From: Acidobacteria bacterium RIFCSPHIGHO2_01_FULL_67_28
GTDB lineage: Bacteria > Acidobacteriota > Terriglobia > Acidiferrales > 2-02-FULL-67-57
Assembly: GCA_001766965.1 (NCBI GenBank)
Contig: MEKM01000184.1
Span: 1-27,529 of the forward strand
Length of the DNA stretch: 27,529 nucleotides
Direction: 5' to 3'
Part shown: positions 1 through 7,220 of the stretch, one piece after another
Numbering within the stretch: position 1 is the first letter of the stretch
Layout: each line of letters opens with the position of its first letter
Position numbers and translations under genes: made by a program
Notes under the pieces: generated by a model
The model's input: the letters and a program-made list of their open reading frames with translations, nothing else
Database searches by the model: none
What the model was told of the DNA's origin: nothing

Positions 1-947
1 TCGAGCAAGGTATCGTCGTTGAGGTCGGTGACCGCCAGGTGCTTCCCGGTGGCAGCCAGGGCGACAGGGGGCAGGAGCGGCGTCGTCGGCTCGCCGTTGC
101 CGAGCAGGATGTAGCTTTGCCCGGTGACGCGGAGGGAGGCCACGTCGGCCCGGCCGTTGCCGTTGAAGTCCGCCACCGCCAGGTCGCCGCCGTTCGAGTC
201 ATACGGGGTTTCGACCACGCGGCGGCGCTGCAGCGTGGGGAGCTGGAAGGTGCCGTCGCCGTTGCCGAGCACCACGTCCACTTCGCCGTTGTTGCTGCCG
301 TTGCGCCCGTGCACGACCATGTCGGTGACCGAACCGACGTCGTTGTCGAGGTCGCCCAGGGCCAGCGTGTCCGGGGCGATGGTGGTGGTGAGCGAGACCG
401 CCGCCAGCGCGGTGAAAGTGCCGAGGGCGGCGCCGTTCCCGAGCAGGACCTGGAAGCTGGTGTTGTTGACCACGGCCAGGTCCGGCACCGCGTCGCCATT
501 GATCAGGCCCACCCGCACCGCCAGCGCCCCGCTGAATCCCAGGTTGGTGGTCTGCATCGGCAGCAGCGGGGTGACGCCGTCGTTAAGGAAGATTCTGACC
601 GAGGACGAGGTCAGCACCACCAGGTCGATCCAGCCGTTGCCGTCCAGGTCGCCGCCCTGCAGAGCGATTACCGTCGCTCCCACCCCCTCCTGGAAGGGCA
701 ACTGGAAGGTGCCGTCGGGGTTGCCGAAAAGGAGGGAGACGTCGGAGGAGTTGGCGTTGCCGACCGCCAGGTCGAGCACACCGTCGGTGTTGAAGTGGGC
801 GATGACGGCGCCCACCGGCTTGTTGCCGGCTTCAGCGCGCTGGGCAAAAAGGAAGGTAACTTCCGGCGTCTGGGCCGCAGCCCGCCCTCCGGCAGCGAAC
901 AGGAAGAGAACCAGCGCGAAGGCGATCCAGCGTCTTTTGCTTCTCAT
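1..947 (-). CDS. Secreted FG-GAP/VCBS repeat (beta-propeller) protein, runs off the window edge
   Basis: Not in the ORF track (no stop inside window). Manual translation from ATG 947: MRSKRRWIAFALVLFLFAAGGRAAA (signal peptide), then repeats HFNTDGVLD, DLDGNGWID, LINGDAVPD, DLDNDVGSVTD, DFNGNGRAD, DLNDDTLLD with LLGNGDGTF-type segments. Confidence 0.9.
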   Translation of the reverse strand, partial: MRSKRRWIAFALVLFLFAAGGRAAAQTPEVTFLFAQRAEAGNKPVGAVIAHFNTDGVLDLAVGNANSSDVSLLFGNPDGTFQLPFQEGVGATVIALQGGDLDGNGWIDLVVLTSSSVRIFLNDGVTPLLPMQTTNLGFSGALAVRVGLINGDAVPDLAVVNNTSFQVLLGNGAALGTFTALAAVSLTTTIAPDTLALGDLDNDVGSVTDMVVHGRNGSNNGEVDVVLGNGDGTFQLPTLQRRRVVETPYDSNGGDLAVADFNGNGRADVASLRVTGQSYILLGNGEPTTPLLPPVALAATGKHLAVTDLNDDTLL

Positions 948-1028
948 CGGCCCCGCTACCCTGCGGGCATCGTGAGCCCCGCATCAGCCGCCAACCCCCG
1001 GCGGCCCTGGGTCGCCCTCTAGCAACAA

Positions 1029-1072
1029 AGAGTAGCGCCGGGGGCGCGCTTGAGGCTGTGACCGGAGGCACA
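1029..1072 (-). promoter_or_regulatory. Putative promoter of the FG-GAP gene: -10 TACTCT plus CRP/FNR-family-like site
   Basis: Minus-strand TACTCT at 1029-1034. TGTGA-ccggag-GCACA at 1057-1072 (9/10 match to TGTGA-N6-TCACA), centred near -42 relative to the implied start site. Confidence 0.35.
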
Positions 1073-1195
1073 TCGATGTGTCGCAAACGACACTGCGTGG
1101 CCAAGGTTCTCCAGGGGCTGACCCGCGTCGGCCTTCTGCATGCGGCGTGCGGCGGGTTTGCCGGGGGGCGAAGCGAGAAGGGTTCCTTCGACTCA

Positions 1196-1227
1196 CCCCG
1201 CCCGACGGGCCGTCGCGTCGGCTGGGG
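1196..1227. terminator. GC-rich hairpin just downstream of the 1230..2165 stop
   Basis: ccccgcccgacg (1196-1207) pairs imperfectly with cgtcggctgggg (1216-1227). No U-tract on the gene strand. Confidence 0.3.
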
Positions 1228-1229
1228 TT

Positions 1230-2165
1230 TCAGGGCGCTATGATGATTTGGATGAGCTCGAGCCTTTCGCCCGTGACCGGGTCAACCTCCAACACCAGTC
1301 CGATGCCGGAAGCGTAGAACTTGTGCTCCAGGGCGTCGGGCTCCAGGGGCACGGTGTCCGCGGTCTGCAGGCAGTTGCTGAAGTCGCCGTAGGGGACGCT
1401 GGCGGAGGCCGTCAGGCTAAGCACTTCCCCGATGTCCTCGGCCTCGCCCAGGTAGAACTCCTGGCGGTAGAGATCGCCGACGGCGGGGTTGGCTTCCATG
1501 ATGATCCCCGGCTTGGCGCCGTCCACGCCCGCCTCCCAGGAGCCCTCCAGGCTGACGATCTCGCCGTTGACAATCTCCTTCGAGTTCTCTCCGAAATACC
1601 AGACGTTGCCCTGCAGGTCCTGGGCGAACCAGTCGAGCGTGTCTTCGATCAGCGCGCCGTCCAGCGTCACCGTGTCGTGCACCTCGACGCAGGTGACGCC
1701 GAGGATCACTCTGGTGTTGCTGGTCACGGCGAACTCCTGGTGCTCGAAGCCCTCGGCGGTGTTTCCCTCGTAGATGAAAGTGGTGCCCGGCGTCAGGGGC
1801 ATATAGGGATTGTCGATGGTGGCGACGAAGTTCGCCGGGTCGATCACGGGGTCGTAGGGATCTTCGCCCAGCCGGTCGCAGACCGCCTGGCGCGCGTCGC
1901 GCTGGTCGTTGCACTCCTCCAACGCGTCTTTCCGGTCCACCTCTGCCTGCTGCGCGCAGGCCTCCCGCGCCGCCGGGTCGGATAGGTTGTGGCACTTGCC
2001 CCGAGCCAGCCAGTAGTCACTCCACGCCTCCGCCTCGCAGGACCGCATGGCCTTCTGCGAAGTCGCCCGACAGAGATCCTTCGCGTCCGCCGCCACGGCT
2101 CCGTTGGTCAGAGTGAACACGAGCACTGCGCCAAGAATTAAAACCAGATGAGCGAATCTCTTCAT
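1230..2165 (-). CDS. Exported protein: 6-Cys helical domain plus uncharacterised beta domain (NPY..LxPG ... YFGE ... GSWxAG ... KFYAxGIGL)
   Basis: 311 aa ORF, AAGGAGG SD, signal peptide MKRFAHLVLILGAVLVFTLTNGAVA. C-terminal domain about 40% identical (hand alignment) to the N-terminal domain of 2911..4941. Confidence 0.9.
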   Translation of the reverse strand: MKRFAHLVLILGAVLVFTLTNGAVAADAKDLCRATSQKAMRSCEAEAWSDYWLARGKCHNLSDPAAREACAQQAEVDRKDALEECNDQRDARQAVCDRLGEDPYDPVIDPANFVATIDNPYMPLTPGTTFIYEGNTAEGFEHQEFAVTSNTRVILGVTCVEVHDTVTLDGALIEDTLDWFAQDLQGNVWYFGENSKEIVNGEIVSLEGSWEAGVDGAKPGIIMEANPAVGDLYRQEFYLGEAEDIGEVLSLTASASVPYGDFSNCLQTADTVPLEPDALEHKFYASGIGLVLEVDPVTGERLELIQIIIAP

Positions 2166-2203
2166 GGCAACCTCCTTCGGCCCTCCCGTTCGTTTCCCGG
2201 CCT

Positions 2204-2257
2204 AAGCTAGCAAGGACAAGATTGCCCGCATCTTTCCTGGGGATTACAGTTGTGAAA
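2204..2257 (-). promoter_or_regulatory. Promoter with extended -10 (TGcTAGCTT) and cop-box-like site CTTTCA-CAAC-TGTAATC
   Basis: Minus strand reads CTTTCACAACTGTAATCccaGGAAAGATgcgGGCAATcttgtcctTGCTAGCTT. Same block order recurs at 4984-5041. Confidence 0.65.
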
Positions 2258-2312
2258 GGTTCGAAGCAGGAAGGGGAGTGCGTCTTGGCTGGCGGAGTGG
2301 AGGTCGCGGCCC

Positions 2313-2346
2313 GCTAGCCGGCCAACCGGCTGCCGGTCAGGCTAGC
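2313..2346. terminator. Hairpin overlapping the PepSY-like gene stop
   Basis: GCTAGCC (2313-2319) / GGCTAGC (2340-2346) outer stem. Alternative stem AGCCGG-ccaa-CCGGCT at 2316-2331. Confidence 0.35.
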
Positions 2347-2833
2347 CGACGTCCTCTGGTTTGGTTTCCCTCTCCAGTTCGTTCCCCTGGGGGTCGAAAA
2401 CGACTTCGGTCTTCTGGCCGTTGAGCTCGATCTGGAACTCGTAGGTAACGGCCGTACCCTTGGTTATTCTTTCCGCTTTCAGGACTTTCCCCTTGGGAAA
2501 CGTCTTCTTGAGCGCCGCCTTCACGCCCCGCGGCAGCGCGCTGGTGTCCAGGGTCTCTTCCAGCGAGACCAGCGTGCCGTCGGCGGCGTAGGTGACGTCC
2601 CGGGTGACCAGGCCCTCCACGCTCTCGATTTCGTAGACGGTCTGGCCGTTCTCTTCTTCGGTGCTGTAGCCCTTGATTTCAGCTTTGGGGTACGCCCCGG
2701 CAAACGCGGCCAGGACCGCCGCCGGGACGTCCTTGCGTTCGATTTGCCGTTCCCCCGCCAGGGCCGCCGCCGTCAGCCCGAGGACTAAGGCGGCCAGCAC
2801 CAGCAGTGGCATCACACTTTGGGTACGCTTCAT
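2342..2833 (-). CDS. Periplasmic PepSY-like (BLIP-like) two-repeat protein, 163 aa
   Basis: True start is ATG 2833 behind AGGAGG (track ORF 2342..3580 is over-extended). Signal peptide, then repeats VPAAVLAAFAGAYP..YEIE..DVTYAADG and LPRGVKAALKKTFP..YEFQ..EVVFDPQG. Confidence 0.9.
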   Translation of the reverse strand: MKRTQSVMPLLVLAALVLGLTAAALAGERQIERKDVPAAVLAAFAGAYPKAEIKGYSTEEENGQTVYEIESVEGLVTRDVTYAADGTLVSLEETLDTSALPRGVKAALKKTFPKGKVLKAERITKGTAVTYEFQIELNGQKTEVVFDPQGNELERETKPEDVG

Positions 2834-2910
2834 TGGCTTCCTCCTAACAGGGTAGGGTTGACTTGTGAGAAGAAGGGCGGCCTGGTCGTCGCGCGCATGA
2901 GTCTTCCGGC

Positions 2911-4941
2911 CTACTCCGCCTTGGCGGACTCTTCGCAATTCCCCCGCAGCGCGAAGCCAATCTCCATGGCGGTGCCCTTCGGGAAGACCACCTCGCGCCC
3001 CCGCGCCACAAAACTCGAATAGGCCGTCCGGCTCGCTCCGTAGATCCCCATGCCCAGGGCGAGCGGCTGGGCCGGAACCAGGGCGCCCACCACCATCCCC
3101 GGTAACCTGAAACCCGCGGCCCCGCCGGCGATGCCTTCGCTGGCGTCCGTGCCTCCGCTGCTCACGCCGTCCTCGACATCGCTGTCCTTGTGAGCCGCCA
3201 CGGCCAGCGCCACCGCGATGCCCGTGGAGAGATAGCGCCGCTTGGGAGCGGTTGACCGGGCCTCGCCCTCCACATCGAGCCGGACGTTCTCCTCCGCGCC
3301 CGATTGCACCCCCTCGAGGTTCGCCGCCGCTACTGTCTGCTCCATCCCGCCCAGAGGAATCAATTCGCGGAAGGCGATCCGCAGCTTGCCGCTGCGCCCA
3401 AAACGCCGGGCCGGCCGCGCTTCCACGACCGACCCGTTTACTCGCGTTCCCTGGGGGAGAAGCAAGCGACCGTCGTCGGCAAAAAGCGGTTGGACGAGGA
3501 TGGCCTCGACCGGCGCCTCCGGCGGCGTAGTCGCTGAATTCAGCGGGGTCAGGAGCTGGGCATGGGCCAGAAGGCGACAAGGCAAGGGCGCCGGGTCGCC
3601 CGCGGCCAGCAGGGGAGGCGGGAGCGGCTTGCGCCCGAAGTCGAGCGGCTCTTGCAGCTCGGCGAAATAGACCGTCCCAGCGTCAAGGTACTGCGGACGA
3701 GCGGGGAGCTGGGCGAGTCCGAAGCGCTTCAGCCGGTGCGCCTTGCCGGGCTCTTTCACTTGCTTCATGGTGGCTTCCCATTTGCGCTTGGCTTCTCGGA
3801 TCGCCTCCTTCATTTTGTCCGACGCCGCGTCCTTGGCTGTCCTCTTTTTCTCGCTGTCGATGCTGGTGACCAGCTGGAGGGTCCGGCCGGAGCCGGGGGT
3901 CACGGCGGTCTTAATCGGGAGGCGCTTGCCGTCGGGCAAAACCATCTCGTCGAATTCCACCTGGACCTTGCGAACCGGCGTGAAGTTCATGTTCAAGGCG
4001 GCCCACACGCGCCGTTTGCGCGAGGGGCCTTGGATCTCGGTGATGCGGCCCAGGACCTCGCTGCCCACCGGGACCACTTCCTGATCGAACGCGTACAGGG
4101 CTTCGACGAGGAGACCATGGATGGGTTGGCCGACTTTTCTGATTCGCACTTCTCGGTCCAGCGCCACTTGCAGCACGATGCCTTTCGGCACGGTGAGGGA
4201 GACTGTCTCCGCGGTCGGAGAGACCGGCGTGGAAGACCAGGCATTGGAGAACTCCACCAGCTTCAGGCTGCTGTCCTGGATGAGCCCAATCCCGGGGGCA
4301 TAAAACTTGAACTCTCTGGCCTCCGGCTCCAGCGGAGTCGTTTCCTCCGTTTTCAAAGCCTCTACGAACACCCCGGCGGGGGTCACCACGACTTCCGTCA
4401 GGCTTACGATTTCCGCCCGGTCCAGGGCGACGCCCGGAGCGATTTCCTGGAAATACTTCGCCTCCAGCTGGGCGTTGCCGGGCATCATCAGGCCGGGCCG
4501 GGCGCCGTTCTCCCCCGCCTTCCAGGACCCTTGATGGCCTACGATTTCGCCGTCCTGGTAGGTGTCGACCTCCTCGCCAAAATAGAAAATGCTGTTGCCT
4601 GGTTCGCACAGGGCAAAAAAGTTCCGGGAGATTTCGACCAGTTGGTTGTCGACGTATTCGACTTCTGTGACCACCCGCGTGTTCACGCCCGCGATCGTTG
4701 CTGTCTCGTCGAGGACAGTGATCTCAAGCCGAACGAAATTACTCCTCTCTTCTCCTTCGAGGATGAGCTGGTATCCAGGCTCGAGAATGAAGTAGGGATT
4801 GCGTCCGCTCGACTTGAAGCTGCACTCGTCGAGCCGGAATTCATCTGTGAATGCCGGCTGGTCGGCAAAGAGCTGGCTGGGCATTCCCAGAACACTGGCC
4901 AACACGACTATTAGTATCGTTGGGAAGGTCGACTTCTTCAT
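2911..4941 (-). CDS. Exported fusion: uncharacterised beta domain plus TrbI/VirB10-like module, 676 aa
   Basis: Signal peptide. aa ~48-225 are paralogous to 1230..2165. Then VPKGIVLQVAL..VVPVGSEVLGRIT..VEFDEMVLPDGKRLPI and LLLPQGTRVNGSVVEARPARRFGRSGKLRIAF, Gly/Ala-rich hydrophobic helices and a terminal VVFPKGTAMEI strand, the layout of VirB10-like proteins. Confidence 0.8.
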   Translation of the reverse strand: MKKSTFPTILIVVLASVLGMPSQLFADQPAFTDEFRLDECSFKSSGRNPYFILEPGYQLILEGEERSNFVRLEITVLDETATIAGVNTRVVTEVEYVDNQLVEISRNFFALCEPGNSIFYFGEEVDTYQDGEIVGHQGSWKAGENGARPGLMMPGNAQLEAKYFQEIAPGVALDRAEIVSLTEVVVTPAGVFVEALKTEETTPLEPEAREFKFYAPGIGLIQDSSLKLVEFSNAWSSTPVSPTAETVSLTVPKGIVLQVALDREVRIRKVGQPIHGLLVEALYAFDQEVVPVGSEVLGRITEIQGPSRKRRVWAALNMNFTPVRKVQVEFDEMVLPDGKRLPIKTAVTPGSGRTLQLVTSIDSEKKRTAKDAASDKMKEAIREAKRKWEATMKQVKEPGKAHRLKRFGLAQLPARPQYLDAGTVYFAELQEPLDFGRKPLPPPLLAAGDPAPLPCRLLAHAQLLTPLNSATTPPEAPVEAILVQPLFADDGRLLLPQGTRVNGSVVEARPARRFGRSGKLRIAFRELIPLGGMEQTVAAANLEGVQSGAEENVRLDVEGEARSTAPKRRYLSTGIAVALAVAAHKDSDVEDGVSSGGTDASEGIAGGAAGFRLPGMVVGALVPAQPLALGMGIYGASRTAYSSFVARGREVVFPKGTAMEIGFALRGNCEESAKAE

Positions 4942-4983
4942 GGCTGGCTTCCTTACGGGTTTGGATCCCGTGCCGTTCCGCCT

Positions 4984-5041
4984 ATGCTACTAGCAAACCC
5001 CGCATTGCCGCGATCTTTCCCGAGGATTACATCTTTGCAAT
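4984..5041 (-). promoter_or_regulatory. Promoter with cop-box-like site ATTGCA-AAGA-TGTAATC and -10 region TGCTAGTAGCAT
   Basis: Minus strand reads ATTGCAAAGATGTAATCctcgGGAAAGATcgcGGCAATgcggggttTGCTAGTAGCAT, matching 2204-2257 block for block. Confidence 0.65.
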
Positions 5042-5069
5042 GTCGGATACGATAACGACTGGGAGGCGT

Positions 5070-6485
5070 CTAGCGGGGGGAGCGAATCGGCAGGCGAATC
5101 ACCACCCGCGTCCCCTGTCCCGGCTGGCTGTGGGCCTCGACAGACCCCTGGTGCGCCTGGACAACGGCGCGAACCAGGCTCAATCCCAGGCCCAGACCCC
5201 GCTGCGACTGGCTGGCCTCGCCGCGGTAGAGCCGGTCCCAGATCTTGGGAAGTTCCTCGGGCTTGATCCCCATCCCTGTGTCTTTCACCGAGATCAAGGC
5301 TTGTTCCTGCTCCGCGCGCGCTTCGATCTCGATGCGTCCCCCGGGAGGGGTGTACTTGATGGCGTTGTCCAGCACGTTGGCGACCGCCTGGCGGATCCGT
5401 TTGGCATCTCCCCGCAGACCAAGCCGCGCGGGCAACTCGGTCCGGATGGCGATTTCCTTCTCCTCCGCCACGTGTTCGTAGAGCCCGACCACGCTCGTCA
5501 GCAGGGCGGAGAGATCCACCTCCTCCCAGTCCAGTTTCAGGGCTCCGGTTTCTGCCTCGGCCACATCCATCAGGGTATTCAGCATGGTCAGAGTCTGCTC
5601 GGTCTCTTCCAGGCAGTCGGCCAGGGCCTGCTTGTAGGTTTCCGCGTCCGGGGGCGCATGCAGGGCTATTTCCGCGGCTCCCCGCAGCCGGGTCATGGGG
5701 GTGCGGAGGTCGTGAGCGATGGTATCCAGGGCGCTCCGCATGCGATTCACCAGCGACTCAATCGTGTCCAGCAGGGCGTTGAACAACCCCGCCAGCTCGT
5801 CGAGCTCGTCCCCCGTTTTCCGCGTGGGCGCGCGCGCGTTCATATTGCCGGTTTGCCGGATGGAGCGCAGCACGCCGGCCAGATCGCGCACCGGACGCAG
5901 CGAGCGGTTGGCCAGCCAGGCGCCTCCCCCCACGCCAATCCCCAGCACGGCCACCAGGACAATGGCGAAGACACCCTGGAAATACTCCAGAATGTCGTCC
6001 CGCGCTTCCGTGCTCCGGCCGACCTGCAACAGGAAGCCGTCGGGCAGCGTGACAGACATGATCTCGAGGGTGTCCGTTTCGGCCAGCAGCTCGCCCTCCT
6101 CCATTCCCCGGAGACGGATCAAGCGCCGGCCCCCGGGGAGGGGTGCGGTTTCGAGCTGCTTCACGTTGAAATCGTCCCACTCGGCCGGCATGTCCTGAAA
6201 GACGGTGTTGCTTTGGGGATCGGCCACTCGGACAAACAACGACTCCCGGTGCGCTGTTCTCACTTCCTCCATCAGCGCCGGCAGGCCCCCGTTCTGATAG
6301 CGGGAAGCGTAGAGCTTGAGCCCCGACTCGATCGCGCTCCGGTCCTTCTGTTTCAGCGAGGTGGACAGCAGGGAATAGGCGAGGGCGAAGACCGCCAGGG
6401 AGCTGGCAATGAAAACAAGGGAATACCAGGCGGCCAGGCGGAAGCCGATGGTTTGGCGTTTGCGGCTAAGAGTCTTTAAGGACGT
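5070..6485 (-). CDS. Sensor histidine kinase (2 TM, HAMP, HisKA, HATPase), CusS/CopS-like; probable non-canonical ACG start at 6485
   Basis: H-box IAHDLRTPM, N-box NVLDNAIKY, DTGMGI, GLGLGLSL. The frame is open upstream of the track ATG (6272) and encodes TM1 IGFRLAAWYSLVFIASSLAVFALAYSLL. No ATG/GTG/TTG lies between the in-frame stop at 6546-6548 and 6272. GGGGAG is 6 nt before ACG 6485. Confidence 0.9.
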   Translation of the reverse strand, partial: TSLKTLSRKRQTIGFRLAAWYSLVFIASSLAVFALAYSLLSTSLKQKDRSAIESGLKLYASRYQNGGLPALMEEVRTAHRESLFVRVADPQSNTVFQDMPAEWDDFNVKQLETAPLPGGRRLIRLRGMEEGELLAETDTLEIMSVTLPDGFLLQVGRSTEARDDILEYFQGVFAIVLVAVLGIGVGGGAWLANRSLRPVRDLAGVLRSIRQTGNMNARAPTRKTGDELDELAGLFNALLDTIESLVNRMRSALDTIAHDLRTPMTRLRGAAEIALHAPPDAETYKQALADCLEETEQTLTMLNTLMDVAEAETGALKLDWEEVDLSALLTSVVGLYEHVAEEKEIAIRTELPARLGLRGDAKRIRQAVANVLDNAIKYTPPGGRIEIEARAEQEQALISVKDTGMGIKPEELPKIWDRLYRGEASQSQRGLGLGLSLVRAVVQAHQGSVEAHSQPGQGTRVVIRLPIRSPR

Positions 6486-7140
6486 AGCCGACTCCCCGGA
6501 TGGTGTGAATGATCTGCTCGCCGGGCTCGGCGCCCAGTTTTTTTCTCAAGCGGCACACCAGCACATCCACCACGTTTGTTTGCGGCTCGAAGTTGTACCC
6601 CCAAATATGCTCCAGGAGCACGGTCTTGGAAACCACCTCCCCGGGATGGCGCAGGAAGTATTCGAGCAAGGCGAACTCGCGGGGCTGCAGGTCGAGCTTC
6701 TCGGCGTCGCGCACCACCTCGCGTTTCAGCAGGTCCATGGAGAGCGAGCCCACGGTCAGGCTGGTGGGCCCGGGAGCGCTGCTGGCTCTGCGAATCAGCG
6801 CCCGCAGGCGAGCCAGCAACTCGGAAAAGGCGAAGGGTTTGGTCAGGTAGTCGTCGCCCCCGGCTTGCAGCCCGCGAATGCGGTCGTCGACCGATCGGCG
6901 CGCGCTTAAGAAGATCACCGGGAGGTTCACCTTTTGCCGGCGGACCTCTTCGATCAGGCTCAAGCCGTCCTGGCCGGGCAACATGATGTCAATGACCGCG
7001 GCGTCGTAGGGTTCCGTCAAGGCCAGGTGCAGGCCGTCCTCCCCATTGGCGGCTTGGTCGACGGCAAAGCCGGCTCGCTCGAGTCCCTTGGCTATGAAGG
7101 CTGCTGTCTTCTTGTCGTCTTCAACCAGGAGGATGCGCAT
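6466..7140 (-). CDS. OmpR-family response regulator, heavy-metal CusR/CopR/CzcR-like, 224 aa
   Basis: MRILLVEDD, phospho-acceptor in DIMLPG, DDYLTKPF, winged helix TNVVDVLVCRLR..IHTIRGVGYVL. Start at 7140 rather than the track's 7209. Confidence 0.95.
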   Translation of the reverse strand: MRILLVEDDKKTAAFIAKGLERAGFAVDQAANGEDGLHLALTEPYDAAVIDIMLPGQDGLSLIEEVRRQKVNLPVIFLSARRSVDDRIRGLQAGGDDYLTKPFAFSELLARLRALIRRASSAPGPTSLTVGSLSMDLLKREVVRDAEKLDLQPREFALLEYFLRHPGEVVSKTVLLEHIWGYNFEPQTNVVDVLVCRLRKKLGAEPGEQIIHTIRGVGYVLKDS

Positions 7141-7220
7141 GGCCTGGCCGCTGATCTTTCCACTTTGACTGGGAATTCTACACCAAGCGGGGGCCGGACG
7201 CGCCCGCACGGATTCAAACT

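Noticed and set aside
39-1022. Plus-strand ORFs 39..1022 and 124..975
   Set aside because: Shadow frames antisense to the FG-GAP gene, with no coherent motifs.
2210-2226. GGCAAT...TTGC in the shared promoter motif as a sigma-54 promoter
   Set aside because: GG-to-GC spacing is 13 nt in both copies, whereas sigma-54 needs 10.
2834-3580. Track-assigned upstream starts (3580, 7209, 8930, 10326, 24075, 25037)
   Set aside because: Each extension overlaps a neighbouring gene and precedes an obvious signal peptide or SD-supported start.
2911-4941. VirB10-like gene as a sign of a conjugative element
   Set aside because: No VirB4, relaxase, coupling protein, integrase or other T4SS gene in the window.
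3562-6479. Long plus-strand ORFs 3562..4914 and 4851..6479
   Set aside because: Antisense to well-supported genes; long stop-free shadows are expected at high GC.
7141-7180. GGAAAGAT upstream of the response regulator as an autoregulatory copy of the shared motif
   Set aside because: Only one block matches, it lies downstream of the -10 (TAGAAT 7175-7180), and the TGTAATC and GGCAAT blocks are absent.
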